Below, in pieces: positions 10,868 through 21,760 of a DNA stretch of 56,613 nucleotides. Each line of letters opens with the position of its first letter. Positions within the stretch are counted from its first letter, which is position 1. This DNA is from an uncultured Candidatus Saccharibacteria bacterium (GTDB lineage Bacteria; Patescibacteriota; Minisyncoccia; Phycocordibacterales; VMEP01). The stretch covers positions 71,622 through 128,234 of the forward strand of contig CAZOFV010000001.1 of NCBI GenBank assembly GCA_964579635.1, given 5' to 3'. The notes below the pieces were generated by a model. It did no database searches. It worked only from the letters and a program-made list of their open reading frames with translations, and was not told where the DNA came from. The translations under genes and the position numbers were made by a program.

Positions 10868-11401
10868 TTAAGTTTTCCCCCTCTCTATTTTCACTAGTGG
10901 AATTTCCCCGAGTCCAAGTTTTGTCGTTGGAGTCCAAGGTTTAATTTCCACTAATACCTTTGGTTCAAATATCGGTATTTTCCCGACCGAACACTTAAGG
11001 ATATACCGATGAAAAAATTCATCATGGTAGAAAGTGCCGAGCACAAGAAATGTATTTTTGTGCCAAGAAGTTTTCTCGCAGTACGTAAGGACTTCACAAA
11101 GGTTCGCATACCGATAGAGAACCTTATCTTCAAGCGCTTGCTCCCTTAACTCCTTTTCAAATTGTTCGACGGTAAAATTACTACCTACCGAAGTAAAAAC
11201 GATTTGAATCTGGTAGGAATTTCCTCCAGAAACAGAATAACCAGATGTTTTTGCGCGAGAGACAAGACGTGCATTTCCCTTTAATTCCGTGACCGCACTT
11301 TCATTGTCTTTCCTTTCGGATATTGCCGGATAGAGGAACCCGGCATAGCGTTCGTATTCTGTTGGGATGACCAGAATATTTTTACCTGATCTTATCTTCA
11401 T
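10868..11401 (-). CDS. Hypothetical protein (orphan cassette-like gene)
   Basis: 177-aa ORF converging on the rnhA terminator hairpin (10839-10867). Confidence 0.6.
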   Translation of the reverse strand: MKIRSGKNILVIPTEYERYAGFLYPAISERKDNESAVTELKGNARLVSRAKTSGYSVSGGNSYQIQIVFTSVGSNFTVEQFEKELREQALEDKVLYRYANLCEVLTYCEKTSWHKNTFLVLGTFYHDEFFHRYILKCSVGKIPIFEPKVLVEIKPWTPTTKLGLGEIPLVKIERGKT

Positions 11402-11484
11402 AAGGCGCCCTTTAAAAGAATTGACTAGCTTTATTCTTCCACAAGCTTTTGTTTTTGTATATATCTATGCGGTATTATAAATAA

Positions 11485-12972
11485 GTGAAAAATAATTCAC
11501 TTATCGTTTTATTTTCAGGTTTTGCCTTAGGGGTTATTGGTGAATCATATTTACGATTTAGTTTTTCGTTTTTCATTTTATTTTTTCTTCTTTCGATAGT
11601 ATTTTCTTTTTTAAAATATTTTACAGAAAGACAATTTTCGTCTTTTATTTTATCTTTATTTTTTCTTGGAGTGGCGCTTGGTGCCATGCGGGCAGATTAT
11701 TCTGATTATAGATTTAGTCAGACTAAAAACAACTTAAATAGTTTTATTGGGGTACCCTATAGTTTTGAAGGTGTCGTTTTTGGTGGTGTTTCACACAAGG
11801 AACAGACAGTAAAATTTTTTGTTTCACTCAATAATGTTCTTGTCGGCGAAGAAAAAGAAAATGTTGAAGGAAATATTTTAGTGACAGCCTCTCGAGAGAT
11901 GGATGTTTCTTATGGTGATAACATTCAATTTTTGGGAACAATCACAGAGCCGAAAAGTTTTGTGACAGATAAAGGAAGTTTTTTTAACTATCAAGAATAT
12001 TTAACAACTCGTGGAGTTCATGCGATTGCCTTGTATCCCAAAATAAACAAGATTGATAGAAGTGACATCAATATTATTGGAAGACTTGTAAACTTAAAGA
12101 ATTCTTTTGAAGAAAAAACTAAAACTATTTTCCCTGAACCAGAAGCTTCTTTATTGAATGGAATTTTATTTGGAACCAATGATTCATTAGGCGAACCATT
12201 AACAACAAATCTTAAAAATACTTCAACAATTCATATTGCGGTGTTGTCTGGTTACAACATCGCTTTAGTTGTTATTGCTTTGTTGTTTTTGACATCATTT
12301 TTACCGAAAAGAATCAGCATTCTTTTTTCAGTCTGTGGAATTATTTTATTTGTTGCCATGGTTGGAGCAGAACCACCAGCAGTGCGTTCTGCGATTATGG
12401 CAGTGATTGCTCTTCTCGGGATTATTTTAGGAAGACCATACGATGCGGGGCGAGCTTTATTTATTGCCATGGTTTTAATGCTTTTAGAAAATCCAGCGAT
12501 TTACAATAATCCATCCTTCATTCTTTCTGGTCTTGCAACATTTGGAATAATATTTTTTACACCACTAGTTTCATTGTTTTTTTATTTTTTAACAAACAAA
12601 TATAATTTTCGAGAGCTTTTTTCAACCACAATTTCTGCACAGTTTTCTGTAACCCCATATTTAATTTATCTTACAGGGATGTTTTCAATTACCGCATTAC
12701 CTGCAAATATTCTGATTCTTCCCGTTGTTCCATTTATTATGATTTTTGGTTTTATTTCCGTTTTAGCCAGCTTTGTTATTGGAGTATTCGCGCTTCCTTT
12801 TGTCGGCATAACACAAATGATGCTTTCATACCTTCTATCAATTGTTTCTTTTTTTGGCGGTTTATCTTTTGCATCAATTGAGCTTAGTGGTTTTTCTAAG
12901 ACTGTAACATTTTTGATATATGGTTTAATTGTTGTAGCTTTTTTGTTTACGAAAAAATTAATTAGAAAATGA
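11485..12972 (+). CDS. comEC: ComEC/Rec2 competence membrane protein (DUF4131 plus Competence domain)
   Basis: HIAVLSGYNI, RSAIM, NPSFILS; many TM helices. Confidence 0.9.
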   Translation: MKNNSLIVLFSGFALGVIGESYLRFSFSFFILFFLLSIVFSFLKYFTERQFSSFILSLFFLGVALGAMRADYSDYRFSQTKNNLNSFIGVPYSFEGVVFGGVSHKEQTVKFFVSLNNVLVGEEKENVEGNILVTASREMDVSYGDNIQFLGTITEPKSFVTDKGSFFNYQEYLTTRGVHAIALYPKINKIDRSDINIIGRLVNLKNSFEEKTKTIFPEPEASLLNGILFGTNDSLGEPLTTNLKNTSTIHIAVLSGYNIALVVIALLFLTSFLPKRISILFSVCGIILFVAMVGAEPPAVRSAIMAVIALLGIILGRPYDAGRALFIAMVLMLLENPAIYNNPSFILSGLATFGIIFFTPLVSLFFYFLTNKYNFRELFSTTISAQFSVTPYLIYLTGMFSITALPANILILPVVPFIMIFGFISVLASFVIGVFALPFVGITQMMLSYLLSIVSFFGGLSFASIELSGFSKTVTFLIYGLIVVAFLFTKKLIRK

Positions 12973-13838
12973 AAACAAATTTTCAAAAATATTATCCAAT
13001 ATTTTTCATTGCAATTTTATTTGTGATAAATATTTTTATTTGGAGCGTAGTTTTGCGCGATGAGAAAACAAAAGAACTCACCGTTGCTTTTTTAGATGTT
13101 GGTGCCGGAGATTCAATTTATATTGAGGCACCAAATGGAAATAAAATGTTGATTGATGGAGGTCTCGATAGAAGTGTTGTTCGTGAGCTTTCAGAAATTA
13201 TTCCATTTTACGAAAGAACTATTGATGTGGTATTGGCGACACATCCTGACAAAGATCACATTGGAGGGTTGGTTGATGTTTTAAAAAATTACGAAACAAA
13301 AATGATTTTAACAACCGGCGCGACTTCAACGACCGAGATAGACAAAGCTTTTGGAAAAGCAATTATTGATGAAGAAAAATTTGGTGCGAAAAATATTTTA
13401 GTAAAACGCGGGAGTGTTGTGAATTTGTCTGAAGATGTTTCGTTCACTGTTCTTTATCCTGTTAGTGTTAACCCGAAAGGATCAACAAACGATACTTCAA
13501 TTGTTGGGATGTTAACTTATGGCAATCAATCTTTTTTACTAACAGGGGATGCTCCACAGAAAGTAGAAAGATATTTGGTTTCAGTTGATAGCAAAAAATT
13601 AAAAGCTCAAGTTTTGAAAGTTGGACATCATGGTTCTAAAACATCTTCGAGTGAACTTTTTATTGGAAACGTTTCGCCGGATTATGCGATTATTTCAACT
13701 GCTAAGAAAAATAGATATGGTCATCCAAACAAGGAAGTAATTGATTTGTTAAAAAAATATAATATTCCAATGCTCGCAACATACGACTTTGGAAAAATAA
13801 TTTTTAAAACAGACGGAGAAACTCTTACTCATAATTAA
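12969..13838 (+). CDS. ComEC-associated metallo-beta-lactamase-fold nuclease, encoded separately
   Basis: LDVGAGDS, THPDKDHIGG, LTGDA, KVGHHGS, NRYGHP; N-terminal TM helix; overlaps the comEC stop. Confidence 0.9.
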   Translation: MKTNFQKYYPIFFIAILFVINIFIWSVVLRDEKTKELTVAFLDVGAGDSIYIEAPNGNKMLIDGGLDRSVVRELSEIIPFYERTIDVVLATHPDKDHIGGLVDVLKNYETKMILTTGATSTTEIDKAFGKAIIDEEKFGAKNILVKRGSVVNLSEDVSFTVLYPVSVNPKGSTNDTSIVGMLTYGNQSFLLTGDAPQKVERYLVSVDSKKLKAQVLKVGHHGSKTSSSELFIGNVSPDYAIISTAKKNRYGHPNKEVIDLLKKYNIPMLATYDFGKIIFKTDGETLTHN

Positions 13839-13887
13839 AAAACCCCTTGATGTTATCTCGGGGTTTTTGGTTGCGTGACCAGAACGG

Positions 13888-14442
13888 TCACTTAATGTTG
13901 GCTTTCGCAAGTGCTGCGGAGACGGTTTCGCGGATGCTTTTGTAGATCGGGAAGTCTGGATGTATCGCTGCCTTGAAATTGCGCCCGATTACATCAAGCC
14001 CGGGGAAGCCCTTTTCACCGCCGACCACGATTCGCAGAAAGTGGTCGTTCCTCAGCCGTCCGCGCCATTCGCCGAGTTCTCCGCGGGTGTCCATTGCATA
14101 CGGCAGACCATCACTGCGTGGGTTTGTTTTGCTTTCTTCGGGGAGCCAGAAAATAATGCAACCATGCCCTGAAGCAAGGTAGAGGTAATATCTTTCCCAG
14201 TCGAGCTGGTGTTCGTAGACGCCAGTTTTTCCCGATACCTTGAAGTTTCGCAGGAAATGGTTTTGATTGTAGCGTTGAGGAATAGCGACAAGAAAGTCGC
14301 GTTCACCAAGTTGGCTCCTGATTTCACCGCACATCGAGTATTGCCAGTCTCCACCGCCTAAAACTGGGCCGGCGAGGAAAAAGAGAGGTAGATCACCGTA
14401 GTCGAAAAGACCTACATGTTCTTTTGGGAGGATAATTTTCAC
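13888..14442 (-). CDS. Nucleoside 2-deoxyribosyltransferase-like protein
   Basis: FLAGP..DWQ, QLDWE, IIFW, T.GELG pattern; SD AAGGAG; GC-richer codons. Confidence 0.65.
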   Translation of the reverse strand: MKIILPKEHVGLFDYGDLPLFFLAGPVLGGGDWQYSMCGEIRSQLGERDFLVAIPQRYNQNHFLRNFKVSGKTGVYEHQLDWERYYLYLASGHGCIIFWLPEESKTNPRSDGLPYAMDTRGELGEWRGRLRNDHFLRIVVGGEKGFPGLDVIGRNFKAAIHPDFPIYKSIRETVSAALAKANIK

Positions 14443-14532
14443 GAGGTACTCCTTTTTAAGGTTAGTCTTATTTTAAGCTACATTAAATTAATTTATCGTG
14501 CAACAAAAAATCCGCCGAGTGGCGGATTTTAC

Positions 14533-14742
14533 CTATTTCACAGAAGGGTGGAGGAGGTGTTTACCTGCTTTCATACAGCGGGTGCATATTTTTTGGCGTT
14601 TTCCGTCAGTCATTTTTGCCCATTGCAAATTAACCTGTAGTCTAACTTTTCCGGTTGGGTTGAATTTAGTAGCACGAATTCGATTAGAATATCCGCCACC
14701 TACTAGACTTCCTCTCTCACAAATTGGACAAATTTTCGCCAT
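14533..14742 (-). CDS. rpmB: 50S ribosomal protein L28
   Basis: CPIC..., VNLQ, ICTRCMK. Confidence 0.9.
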   Translation of the reverse strand: MAKICPICERGSLVGGGYSNRIRATKFNPTGKVRLQVNLQWAKMTDGKRQKICTRCMKAGKHLLHPSVK

Positions 14743-14780
14743 ATATTTAGTCGCCGTATGCTATCATGTGCACCATATAT

Positions 14781-15401
14781 ATGCAAGAAATAGATTTTAT
14801 TTTTACTATCGCGGCGCTCATTATGTCTGTTGTTGTTCATGAGGTTTCTCATGGATATATTGCAGATATTTTAGGAGATCCGACAGCGCGTTTTTCTGGG
14901 CGACTAACCCTTAACCCACTAAAACACCTTGATCCAATAGGATCGTTCCTTATTCCGACGCTCTCTTATTTTTCAGCAGGATTTCTTTTTGGTTGGGCAA
15001 AACCAGTTCCATATAATCCATATAATCTAAAAAACCAAAGATGGGGTGAGCTTATGGTTGCTGCCGCTGGTCCTCTCTCAAATTTTTTAATTGCCATTGT
15101 CTTTGGGTTAATTATTCGTTTTTCTTCCAATTTTGGAATAGAGAGCACGGCTTTCCTTTCACTTTCCACTTCGATTGTATTTCTTAATATTATTTTAGGT
15201 GTTTTTAATTTGGTGCCAATTCCACCTCTCGACGGATCGAAAGTTCTTTTTTCTCTTTTGCCTGCTAAGTTTGGCTACATACAAGAGAATTTAGAGCGAT
15301 ACTGGCCAATCGCCCTTATAATTTTCATCTTCTTTCTCTGGCAGTTTATTGAGCCCATTGCTCGCTTTTTATTTTTATTTATAACTGGCGGATTGTTTTA
15401 A
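14781..15401 (+). CDS. Site-2 protease (peptidase M50)
   Basis: HEVSH, AGPLSN, NLVPIPPLDG. Confidence 0.93.
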   Translation: MQEIDFIFTIAALIMSVVVHEVSHGYIADILGDPTARFSGRLTLNPLKHLDPIGSFLIPTLSYFSAGFLFGWAKPVPYNPYNLKNQRWGELMVAAAGPLSNFLIAIVFGLIIRFSSNFGIESTAFLSLSTSIVFLNIILGVFNLVPIPPLDGSKVLFSLLPAKFGYIQENLERYWPIALIIFIFFLWQFIEPIARFLFLFITGGLF

Positions 15402-15482
15402 TAAACTAAAAACACAAAGCTTGCTAGATAATTTTTGTGTTGTATAAATAAATAAGACTCGTTCATATAAGGAGAAAAAACC

Positions 15483-15956
15483 ATGAGTTCTGTTTCTATT
15501 CCGAAACCACAGACGGTTTTGTCGACTGAAGCTTTTTTAGATTCTCTTGATAAAACAAACTCAATGTTTCAAATGGTAGAAAGAGCGCTATTATTTCCCA
15601 ACAATCAAATAAGGTGTATTTATAAAAAAGATTCGCAGTTATGCGAAATGATTATGGGGAGAAAAAGTGTTTATCGTCTGCCGATTATCGACAAACCATT
15701 ACAGGTCGTGATTGAGGCCGGCGATTTCCACGAAATAATAACAGGGGCGCTCTATTCGTATCATCTCGTTTCAAAGGGTGGTGATATAAACGTGCGCAAT
15801 AATTTGATTTGGGGGGAACTTTATTGTCGTGCCGGTTACGGATACTACTTTACGGGGGCTTATGGCAACGACCGCTCGGTAATTATTTCGGAGCAAGACT
15901 ATAAGCCAGATGTTTTTGACAAGGATTTGTTAATTAGGCTTGGGTTCAGTTTTTGA
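15483..15956 (+). CDS. Hypothetical protein (orphan cassette gene)
   Basis: 157-aa ORF, SD AAGGAG, own terminator 15961-15993. Confidence 0.7.
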   Translation: MSSVSIPKPQTVLSTEAFLDSLDKTNSMFQMVERALLFPNNQIRCIYKKDSQLCEMIMGRKSVYRLPIIDKPLQVVIEAGDFHEIITGALYSYHLVSKGGDINVRNNLIWGELYCRAGYGYYFTGAYGNDRSVIISEQDYKPDVFDKDLLIRLGFSF

Positions 15957-16095
15957 ACCTCCCGCTGTATCGTAAGATGAGCGGGATTTTTTTATATTTA
16001 CCTAAGTTATCTCTAATGTAGAAAAGGGCTTGCATAAAAACTCGTAGAATAGTAGTATTTCCCCACAAGCCTCATTGAGGCAGTTTAATTTTTTC

Positions 16096-16521
16096 ATGCC
16101 CACAATTAATCAACTTTCCAAAAAAGGAAGAAAGAAAATAATCCGCAAACCAAAAGCGGTGGCTTTGCTCAAGGGTTTTAATGCTATTCAAAATAGACCT
16201 ATTTTCTATAACTCTCCTTTTAAGCGTGGTGTTTGTACAAAAGTTACAACTACAACTCCTAAGAAACCAAACTCAGCTCTCCGTAAAATTGCCCGTGTTC
16301 GTCTTACAAACGGAATGGAAGTGACCGCCTATATCCCAGGAATTAAGCACAACCTACAAGAACACGCAGTTGTCGTTCTTCGTGGTGGCCGTGTCAAAGA
16401 CCTAACTGGAGTTCGTTATCACATTGTTCGTGGTGTTCTTGATACGACAGGTGTTGAAAACCGTAAACAAGGAAGAAGTCTTTATGGTGCTAAAAGACCA
16501 AAAGAGGGTGCAAAAAAATAA
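16096..16521 (+). CDS. rpsL: 30S ribosomal protein S12
   Basis: [25 protein letters not shown]. Confidence 0.98.
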   Translation: MPTINQLSKKGRKKIIRKPKAVALLKGFNAIQNRPIFYNSPFKRGVCTKVTTTTPKKPNSALRKIARVRLTNGMEVTAYIPGIKHNLQEHAVVVLRGGRVKDLTGVRYHIVRGVLDTTGVENRKQGRSLYGAKRPKEGAKK

Positions 16522-16527
16522 TTTAAT

Positions 16528-16998
16528 ATGCGAAAAAAAGTAAAAAACCGAAATATTCCAGGACCAGACCTACAATACAACTCTCCTAAAGTAGAGAAGT
16601 TTATAAACTATGTTATGGGGAGTGGAAAGAAAAACACCGCCCGAAAAATAGTTTACGGAGCTTTTGACATTATTAAGGAAAAAACAAAGAATCCTAACCC
16701 TCTTGAGATTTTTGATCTAGCTCTCAAGAACGCAAGCCCAGTTATGGAGGTTCGTTCTCGTCGAATTGGAGGTGCAAACTACCAAGTTCCTCGTGAAGTT
16801 CGCCCAGAAAGACGTATGATGCTTGCGTACCGTTGGATGATTGATGCAGCAAAATCAGGAAAAGGACGCCCAATGCACGAAAAACTAGCTGATGAATTGA
16901 TTGGTGCAAGTAAAAACGAAGGTGTTGCCATTAAGAAAAGAGACGATACTCACAAAATGGCCGAAGCCAACAAGGCATTTGCTCACTTCACTTGGTAG
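16528..16998 (+). CDS. rpsG: 30S ribosomal protein S7
   Basis: [23 protein letters not shown]. Confidence 0.98.
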   Translation: MRKKVKNRNIPGPDLQYNSPKVEKFINYVMGSGKKNTARKIVYGAFDIIKEKTKNPNPLEIFDLALKNASPVMEVRSRRIGGANYQVPREVRPERRMMLAYRWMIDAAKSGKGRPMHEKLADELIGASKNEGVAIKKRDDTHKMAEANKAFAHFTW

Positions 16999-17111
16999 AG
17001 AGAGAAAAACAAAAGACCCGCGAAAGCGGGTTTTTTGTTTGACATACTCTATTAATTAACGTATTGTGCGAAAAGTTATTGTAGTCTAATCATACACAGA
17101 GGAGACAGAAT

Positions 17112-17306
17112 ATGGGAAACAGAGCCATATTAAGGAAAATACCGCAAGAAATTCAAAGGCGGTATAACATTGGGCCAGAGGTCGAGGTGGTCGTGAGCGG
17201 CGAAAGCATGGGAGGTAACTTTTCATTCGAAAACCTCAATGGCCAAACCGTTGGTGTCGACGCCGTGGAATTGTCTGGCACCGAAATCACGATTCAGTTC
17301 TTGTAG
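17112..17306 (+). CDS. Small hypothetical protein (weak AbrB/MazE-like pattern)
   Basis: SD GAGGAG, TTGACA at 17039, terminator 17331-17352; IPQEIQRRYNI. Confidence 0.6.
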   Translation: MGNRAILRKIPQEIQRRYNIGPEVEVVVSGESMGGNFSFENLNGQTVGVDAVELSGTEITIQFL

Positions 17307-17458
17307 CCATTCCGCACTATCGTGCTTCAACACCCCGCAATGCGCGGGGTGATTTATTTCCAGGTTGTTAATTTAATCAAAATATGTAAATATGTCGCTT
17401 ATTGCCGTTGAGGCCTTTATTTTTTTTGTATTTAATTTTAATAAAATAATTAATTTTT

Positions 17459-19618
17459 ATGAATCGCGATTACCCATTAGAAAAAACAAGAAACTTCGGA
17501 ATTATTGCCCACATTGATGCTGGTAAAACAACCACGACTGAACGCGTGCTTTACTACACTGGAAAATCTCACAAAATCGGTGAAGTTCACGAAGGTGATA
17601 CTGTCATGGATTGGATGGAGCAAGAACGTGAACGTGGAATCACTATCACGTCTGCGGCTACAACTTGTTTTTGGGTACCTACTTATGAAGGTGGCGATAA
17701 GTCAAAAGGATTTCGTTTTAATATTATCGACACGCCTGGACACATCGACTTTACTGTTGAGGTAAAGCGTAGTTTGCGTGTTTTGGACGGTGCTGTCGTT
17801 GTTTTCGATGGAGTTGCTGGTGTTGAGCCACAATCAGAAACAAACTGGCGTTATGCCGATGAAGGGCAAGTGCCAAGAGTTTGTTTTATAAACAAACTCG
17901 ATCGTACTGGTGCATCTTTTGAAAAATCTTACCAATCTATTTTAGACAGGTTAAGCAAGAGCGCTATTCGTGTGCAGATTCCTATTGGAGAGGAAGATAA
18001 ACATGAAGGAGTTATTGATCTTTTGAAGATGAAGGCCTATAGATTTGAGGGAAACATGGGAGACGACGTTATTGAGAGTGAAATTCCAGAAGATCTTAAA
18101 GCTGATGCTCAAAAATATAGAAATGAACTCGTAGAAAAAATAGTTGAGAATGATGAGAAGTTTTTAAGTGAGTATCTTGAAGGAAAAGAAATTTCAATCG
18201 AGGATTTGAAAAAAATAATGCGTAAGGCAGTTATTGGAAATAAAATTTTCCCAGTATATTGCGGTTCTGCATTGAAAAATAAAGGAGTTCAGCTTGTTTT
18301 GGATGGCGTTGTTGAATATCTACCAGCACCAACAGACATTCTTCCTGCAAAGGGGACTGACCCAAGAACAGGAGCAGAGATTACACGTTCTGCTTCAGAT
18401 GAAGAGCCATTTGCTGCACTTGCCTTCAAGCTTCAAACAGACCCGTTTGTTGGTCAGCTTACATTCTTCCGTGTTTATTCTGGAACAGTTGAGGCTGGTT
18501 CTTATCTATACAACTCAACCACTGGTGAAAAAGAAAGATTAGGTCGTATTTTAAGAATGCACGCTAATCAAAGAGAGGAAGTTAAAAAAGTTTTTGCTGG
18601 AGAAATTGCGGCAGCTGTTGGTCTAAAGAGCACAAGAACATCAGATACTCTTTGTGATGAAGCAAACCCCATTCTTTTGGAACGTATTGTTTTTGCTGAA
18701 CCAGTTATCTCTCTCCGTATTGAACCAAAAACAAAAGCAGATCAAGAAAAAATGGGTATGGCATTACGTAAACTAGCCGACGAAGATCCAACATTTAAGG
18801 TTTCAACTGATACTGAAACTGGCGAAACAATTATTTCCGGTATGGGTGAATTACACCTTGAAATTATTGTTGATCGTATGAAGCGTGAATTCTCCGTTGA
18901 AGCGAATGTTGGTAAACCACAAGTTGCCTACAAAGAGACAATTACTAAAGAAGCAGAAGTTGATAATAAATATATTCGTCAGACCGGTGGTCGTGGACAA
19001 TATGGTCACGTTAAAATTAAAATCAAACCACTTTCAAAAGAAGTTCCTGAAAACATACCAAGAAATACAAAGCGTGAAAAAGGATTTGAATTTATCAACA
19101 ATATTAAGGGAGGTGTTATTCCGCTTGAATATATCCCAGCTGTTGAAAAAGGTTTACGTGAAGGTATGGATAGAGGAGTTCTTGCTGGTTTTAAGCTTGT
19201 TGATATCTCTGTTGATCTCTACGACGGATCCTTCCACGAAGTTGACTCATCTGAAATTGCTTTCAAGATAGCAGCATCACAAGCTCTTCAAGAAGCAGCT
19301 CGTCGTGCATCACCTGTTATTCTTGAACCTATCATGAAGGTTGAAGTTGTTACTCCAGAAAAGTTCATGGGTGATATTACTGGAAACCTTTCTTCAAAGC
19401 GTGCCCAAATTGAAGGTATGACCGACCGTGGAATGCTTAAGGTTATTGCGGCGAAAGTCCCATTGTCTGAAATGTTTGGTTATATGACATCTTTAAGATC
19501 TCTTACAGAAGGACGTGCTGGATTTACAATGGAATTTGACCATTACGATATTGTGCCTGCAAATATCGCGAAAAGTATTATCGAAACTCGCACAGCTGGC
19601 AGTGCTTCAACTGAATAA
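17459..19618 (+). CDS. fusA: Elongation factor G
   Basis: [31 protein letters not shown]. Confidence 0.98.
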   Translation: MNRDYPLEKTRNFGIIAHIDAGKTTTTERVLYYTGKSHKIGEVHEGDTVMDWMEQERERGITITSAATTCFWVPTYEGGDKSKGFRFNIIDTPGHIDFTVEVKRSLRVLDGAVVVFDGVAGVEPQSETNWRYADEGQVPRVCFINKLDRTGASFEKSYQSILDRLSKSAIRVQIPIGEEDKHEGVIDLLKMKAYRFEGNMGDDVIESEIPEDLKADAQKYRNELVEKIVENDEKFLSEYLEGKEISIEDLKKIMRKAVIGNKIFPVYCGSALKNKGVQLVLDGVVEYLPAPTDILPAKGTDPRTGAEITRSASDEEPFAALAFKLQTDPFVGQLTFFRVYSGTVEAGSYLYNSTTGEKERLGRILRMHANQREEVKKVFAGEIAAAVGLKSTRTSDTLCDEANPILLERIVFAEPVISLRIEPKTKADQEKMGMALRKLADEDPTFKVSTDTETGETIISGMGELHLEIIVDRMKREFSVEANVGKPQVAYKETITKEAEVDNKYIRQTGGRGQYGHVKIKIKPLSKEVPENIPRNTKREKGFEFINNIKGGVIPLEYIPAVEKGLREGMDRGVLAGFKLVDISVDLYDGSFHEVDSSEIAFKIAASQALQEAARRASPVILEPIMKVEVVTPEKFMGDITGNLSSKRAQIEGMTDRGMLKVIAAKVPLSEMFGYMTSLRSLTEGRAGFTMEFDHYDIVPANIAKSIIETRTAGSASTE

Positions 19619-19645
19619 TTACAAGGTCGAACCTTGTAAGATTAC

Positions 19646-19683
19646 ATGAGAAAAGCGGGCCCGAAGGTCCGCTTTTTGTTTGG
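19646..19683. repeat. 38-bp bidirectional terminator repeat, copy 1
   Basis: ATGAGAAAAGCGGGCCCGAAGGTCCGCTTTTTGTTTGG; 1 mismatch to 19969-20006. Confidence 0.9.
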
Positions 19684-19698
19684 CGACAGAACGAAAGA

Positions 19699-19896
19699 TC
19701 AGTATGGTTCTTGGGTAAGAGCTTCAACTTCATCCACCGAAGCCTCCACCAAGATGACGTCATCCCTTGGGATATCAATCATGCAGTGCCCAAAGCAATG
19801 AAAGTAATTCTCCCCCATACCGGAAGTTCCAATGTTGGAACCGCCACAGCATGGACAAACACACTTCATTTTCTTTTTGCCAACTATTTTTATCAC
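19699..19896 (-). CDS. Small Cys-rich (Zn-ribbon-like) hypothetical protein
   Basis: CVCPCCG...CFGHC; SD AGGAGG before GTG; ends at the repeated terminator. Confidence 0.7.
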   Translation of the reverse strand: MIKIVGKKKMKCVCPCCGGSNIGTSGMGENYFHCFGHCMIDIPRDDVILVEASVDEVEALTQEPY

Positions 19897-19968
19897 GTTA
19901 ACCTCCTGAGGACTGTTTAACTGCTTTTACTACTTTACCTTGTTGTTTATTTTTTGCAAAAGTGGAAA

Positions 19969-20006
19969 ATGAGAAAAGCGGACCCGAAGGTCCGCTTTTT
20001 GTTTGG
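19969..20006. repeat. 38-bp bidirectional terminator repeat, copy 2
   Basis: ATGAGAAAAGCGGACCCGAAGGTCCGCTTTTTGTTTGG. Confidence 0.9.
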
Positions 20007-20013
20007 TTTCTGC

Positions 20014-20280
20014 CTAGCTTTCATTCCGGAAAAGCTTGCCAGTCAAGACGAGGTTGTCGCCCTTTTTTGCAACAACCCGTTCGAAAATGACCATCTCGTC
20101 TTCCTGGCTTCTGCAAATCCTTCGGATTTCCCGAAGAACCAGTGCAACCAGCTCCTCGTTTGGGATGTGAGGTGGATATTCAACCTCAATTTTTCCGACA
20201 AAAACCCAGACAGGGGCAGGAAACTCATGTGACGGCACGTATAAATCATTGCCGACATCGCAAAATACAAAATTCGCCAT
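20014..20280 (-). CDS. Small acidic hypothetical protein
   Basis: Perfect SD AGGAGGTGA before ATG; minus-strand TTGACA near 20359; ends at the repeated terminator. Confidence 0.7.
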   Translation of the reverse strand: MANFVFCDVGNDLYVPSHEFPAPVWVFVGKIEVEYPPHIPNEELVALVLREIRRICRSQEDEMVIFERVVAKKGDNLVLTGKLFRNES

Positions 20281-20561
20281 CATCACCTCCTCTTTAGTTG
20301 ATCGGTTGGGTTTAAGGATTCCTGCCAAGAATTATCCATCTTTTAATTTAAATTGTCAAATTAAAGATAATTGTCATTAATTTACAAAGTTTTTAGTTTT
20401 GTCGTAATTTGACACACCTTCTTAATTTGTTATTATTGCTCCATACGCAAGTGTGCGTTGTTTTTCTTTGCTTCCAAAAGGAGATTATTAAAATAATTTA
20501 CTGGGAACAAGTATTTGGCTAAGCTCTCGCGCGTCGAATTTTTGTTCTCACAAAATAACAT

Positions 20562-21752
20562 ATGGCAGAAGAATTTAAGCGTGATAAGCCTCACGTAAAC
20601 GTCGGTACCATTGGTCACGTTGATCACGGCAAAACGACCCTCACAGCGGCTATCTTGCACGTCCTCAACCTTGCCGGTAAAAAGGTTAAAATGAAGTCAG
20701 TTGATCAGATTGACTCGGCGCCTGAAGAAAAGGCCCGTGGTATTACTATTGCCCTCTCGCACAACGAGTATGAGTCTGACACACGTCACTATGCTCACAT
20801 TGATGCTCCAGGACACGCTGACTATATTAAAAACATGATCACAGGTGCTGCTCAGATGGATGGTGCAATTCTTGTAGTTGCAGCGACAGACGGTGCAATG
20901 CCTCAAACACGTGAACACGTTCTTTTGGCTCACCAAGTTGGTGTTCCTAAGATGGTTGTTTTCTTGAACAAGTGTGACATGGTTGAAGATAAAGACCTTA
21001 TCGACCTAGTTGAAGAAGAACTTCGCGAATTGCTCGAGAAGAACGGATACGACAAGAATGCTCCTATTATCCGTGGTTCAGGACTTAAGGGTCTTGAAGC
21101 AACATCAGCTGATGATGAATGGGCAAAGAAAATTCTTGAACTTATAACAGCTCTTGATGAGTATGTTCCAGTTCCAGAGCGTGATGTTACAAAGCCTTTC
21201 CTTATGCCAGTTGAAGACATCTTCTCAATCGAAGGACGCGGTACTGTTGTTACAGGCCGTATCGAAAGAGGTGTTGTTAAGGTTGGTGAGGAAATCGAAA
21301 TTGTTGGATTGAAAGATACAGCAAAGACGACTGTTACCGGAATCGAAATGTTCAATAAAACATTGAACGAAGGTATGGCTGGAGACAACGCAGGTATTCT
21401 TATTCGTGGAATCAAGAAAGAGGATATTACTCGTGGTCAAGTTTTGGCTAAGCCGGGTTCTGTTACACCTCATACAGACTTCGAAGCAGAAGTTTACATC
21501 TTGAAGAAGGAAGAAGGAGGTCGTCACACACCATTCTTCTCAGGTTACAAGCCTCAGTTTTATGTTCGTACAACGGACGTGACTGGAGACGTGACTCTTC
21601 CAGAAGGTGTTGAAATGGTTATGCCTGGAGACACAATGAAGTTTAAGGTTAAACTAGTTGCTCCAGTCGCTCTTGAGGAAAAACAGCGTTTTGCTATCCG
21701 TGAAGGAGGTAAGACAGTTGGTGCAGGAGCAGTAACAAAAATTATTGCCTAA
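20562..21752 (+). CDS. tuf: Elongation factor Tu
   Basis: [33 protein letters not shown]. Confidence 0.99.
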   Translation: MAEEFKRDKPHVNVGTIGHVDHGKTTLTAAILHVLNLAGKKVKMKSVDQIDSAPEEKARGITIALSHNEYESDTRHYAHIDAPGHADYIKNMITGAAQMDGAILVVAATDGAMPQTREHVLLAHQVGVPKMVVFLNKCDMVEDKDLIDLVEEELRELLEKNGYDKNAPIIRGSGLKGLEATSADDEWAKKILELITALDEYVPVPERDVTKPFLMPVEDIFSIEGRGTVVTGRIERGVVKVGEEIEIVGLKDTAKTTVTGIEMFNKTLNEGMAGDNAGILIRGIKKEDITRGQVLAKPGSVTPHTDFEAEVYILKKEEGGRHTPFFSGYKPQFYVRTTDVTGDVTLPEGVEMVMPGDTMKFKVKLVAPVALEEKQRFAIREGGKTVGAGAVTKIIA

Positions 21753-21760
21753 ATTAATTC

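Noticed and set aside
19954-20232. 92-aa plus-strand ORF
   Set aside because: Spans the repeated terminator; the opposite-strand ORF has a perfect SD and a promoter.
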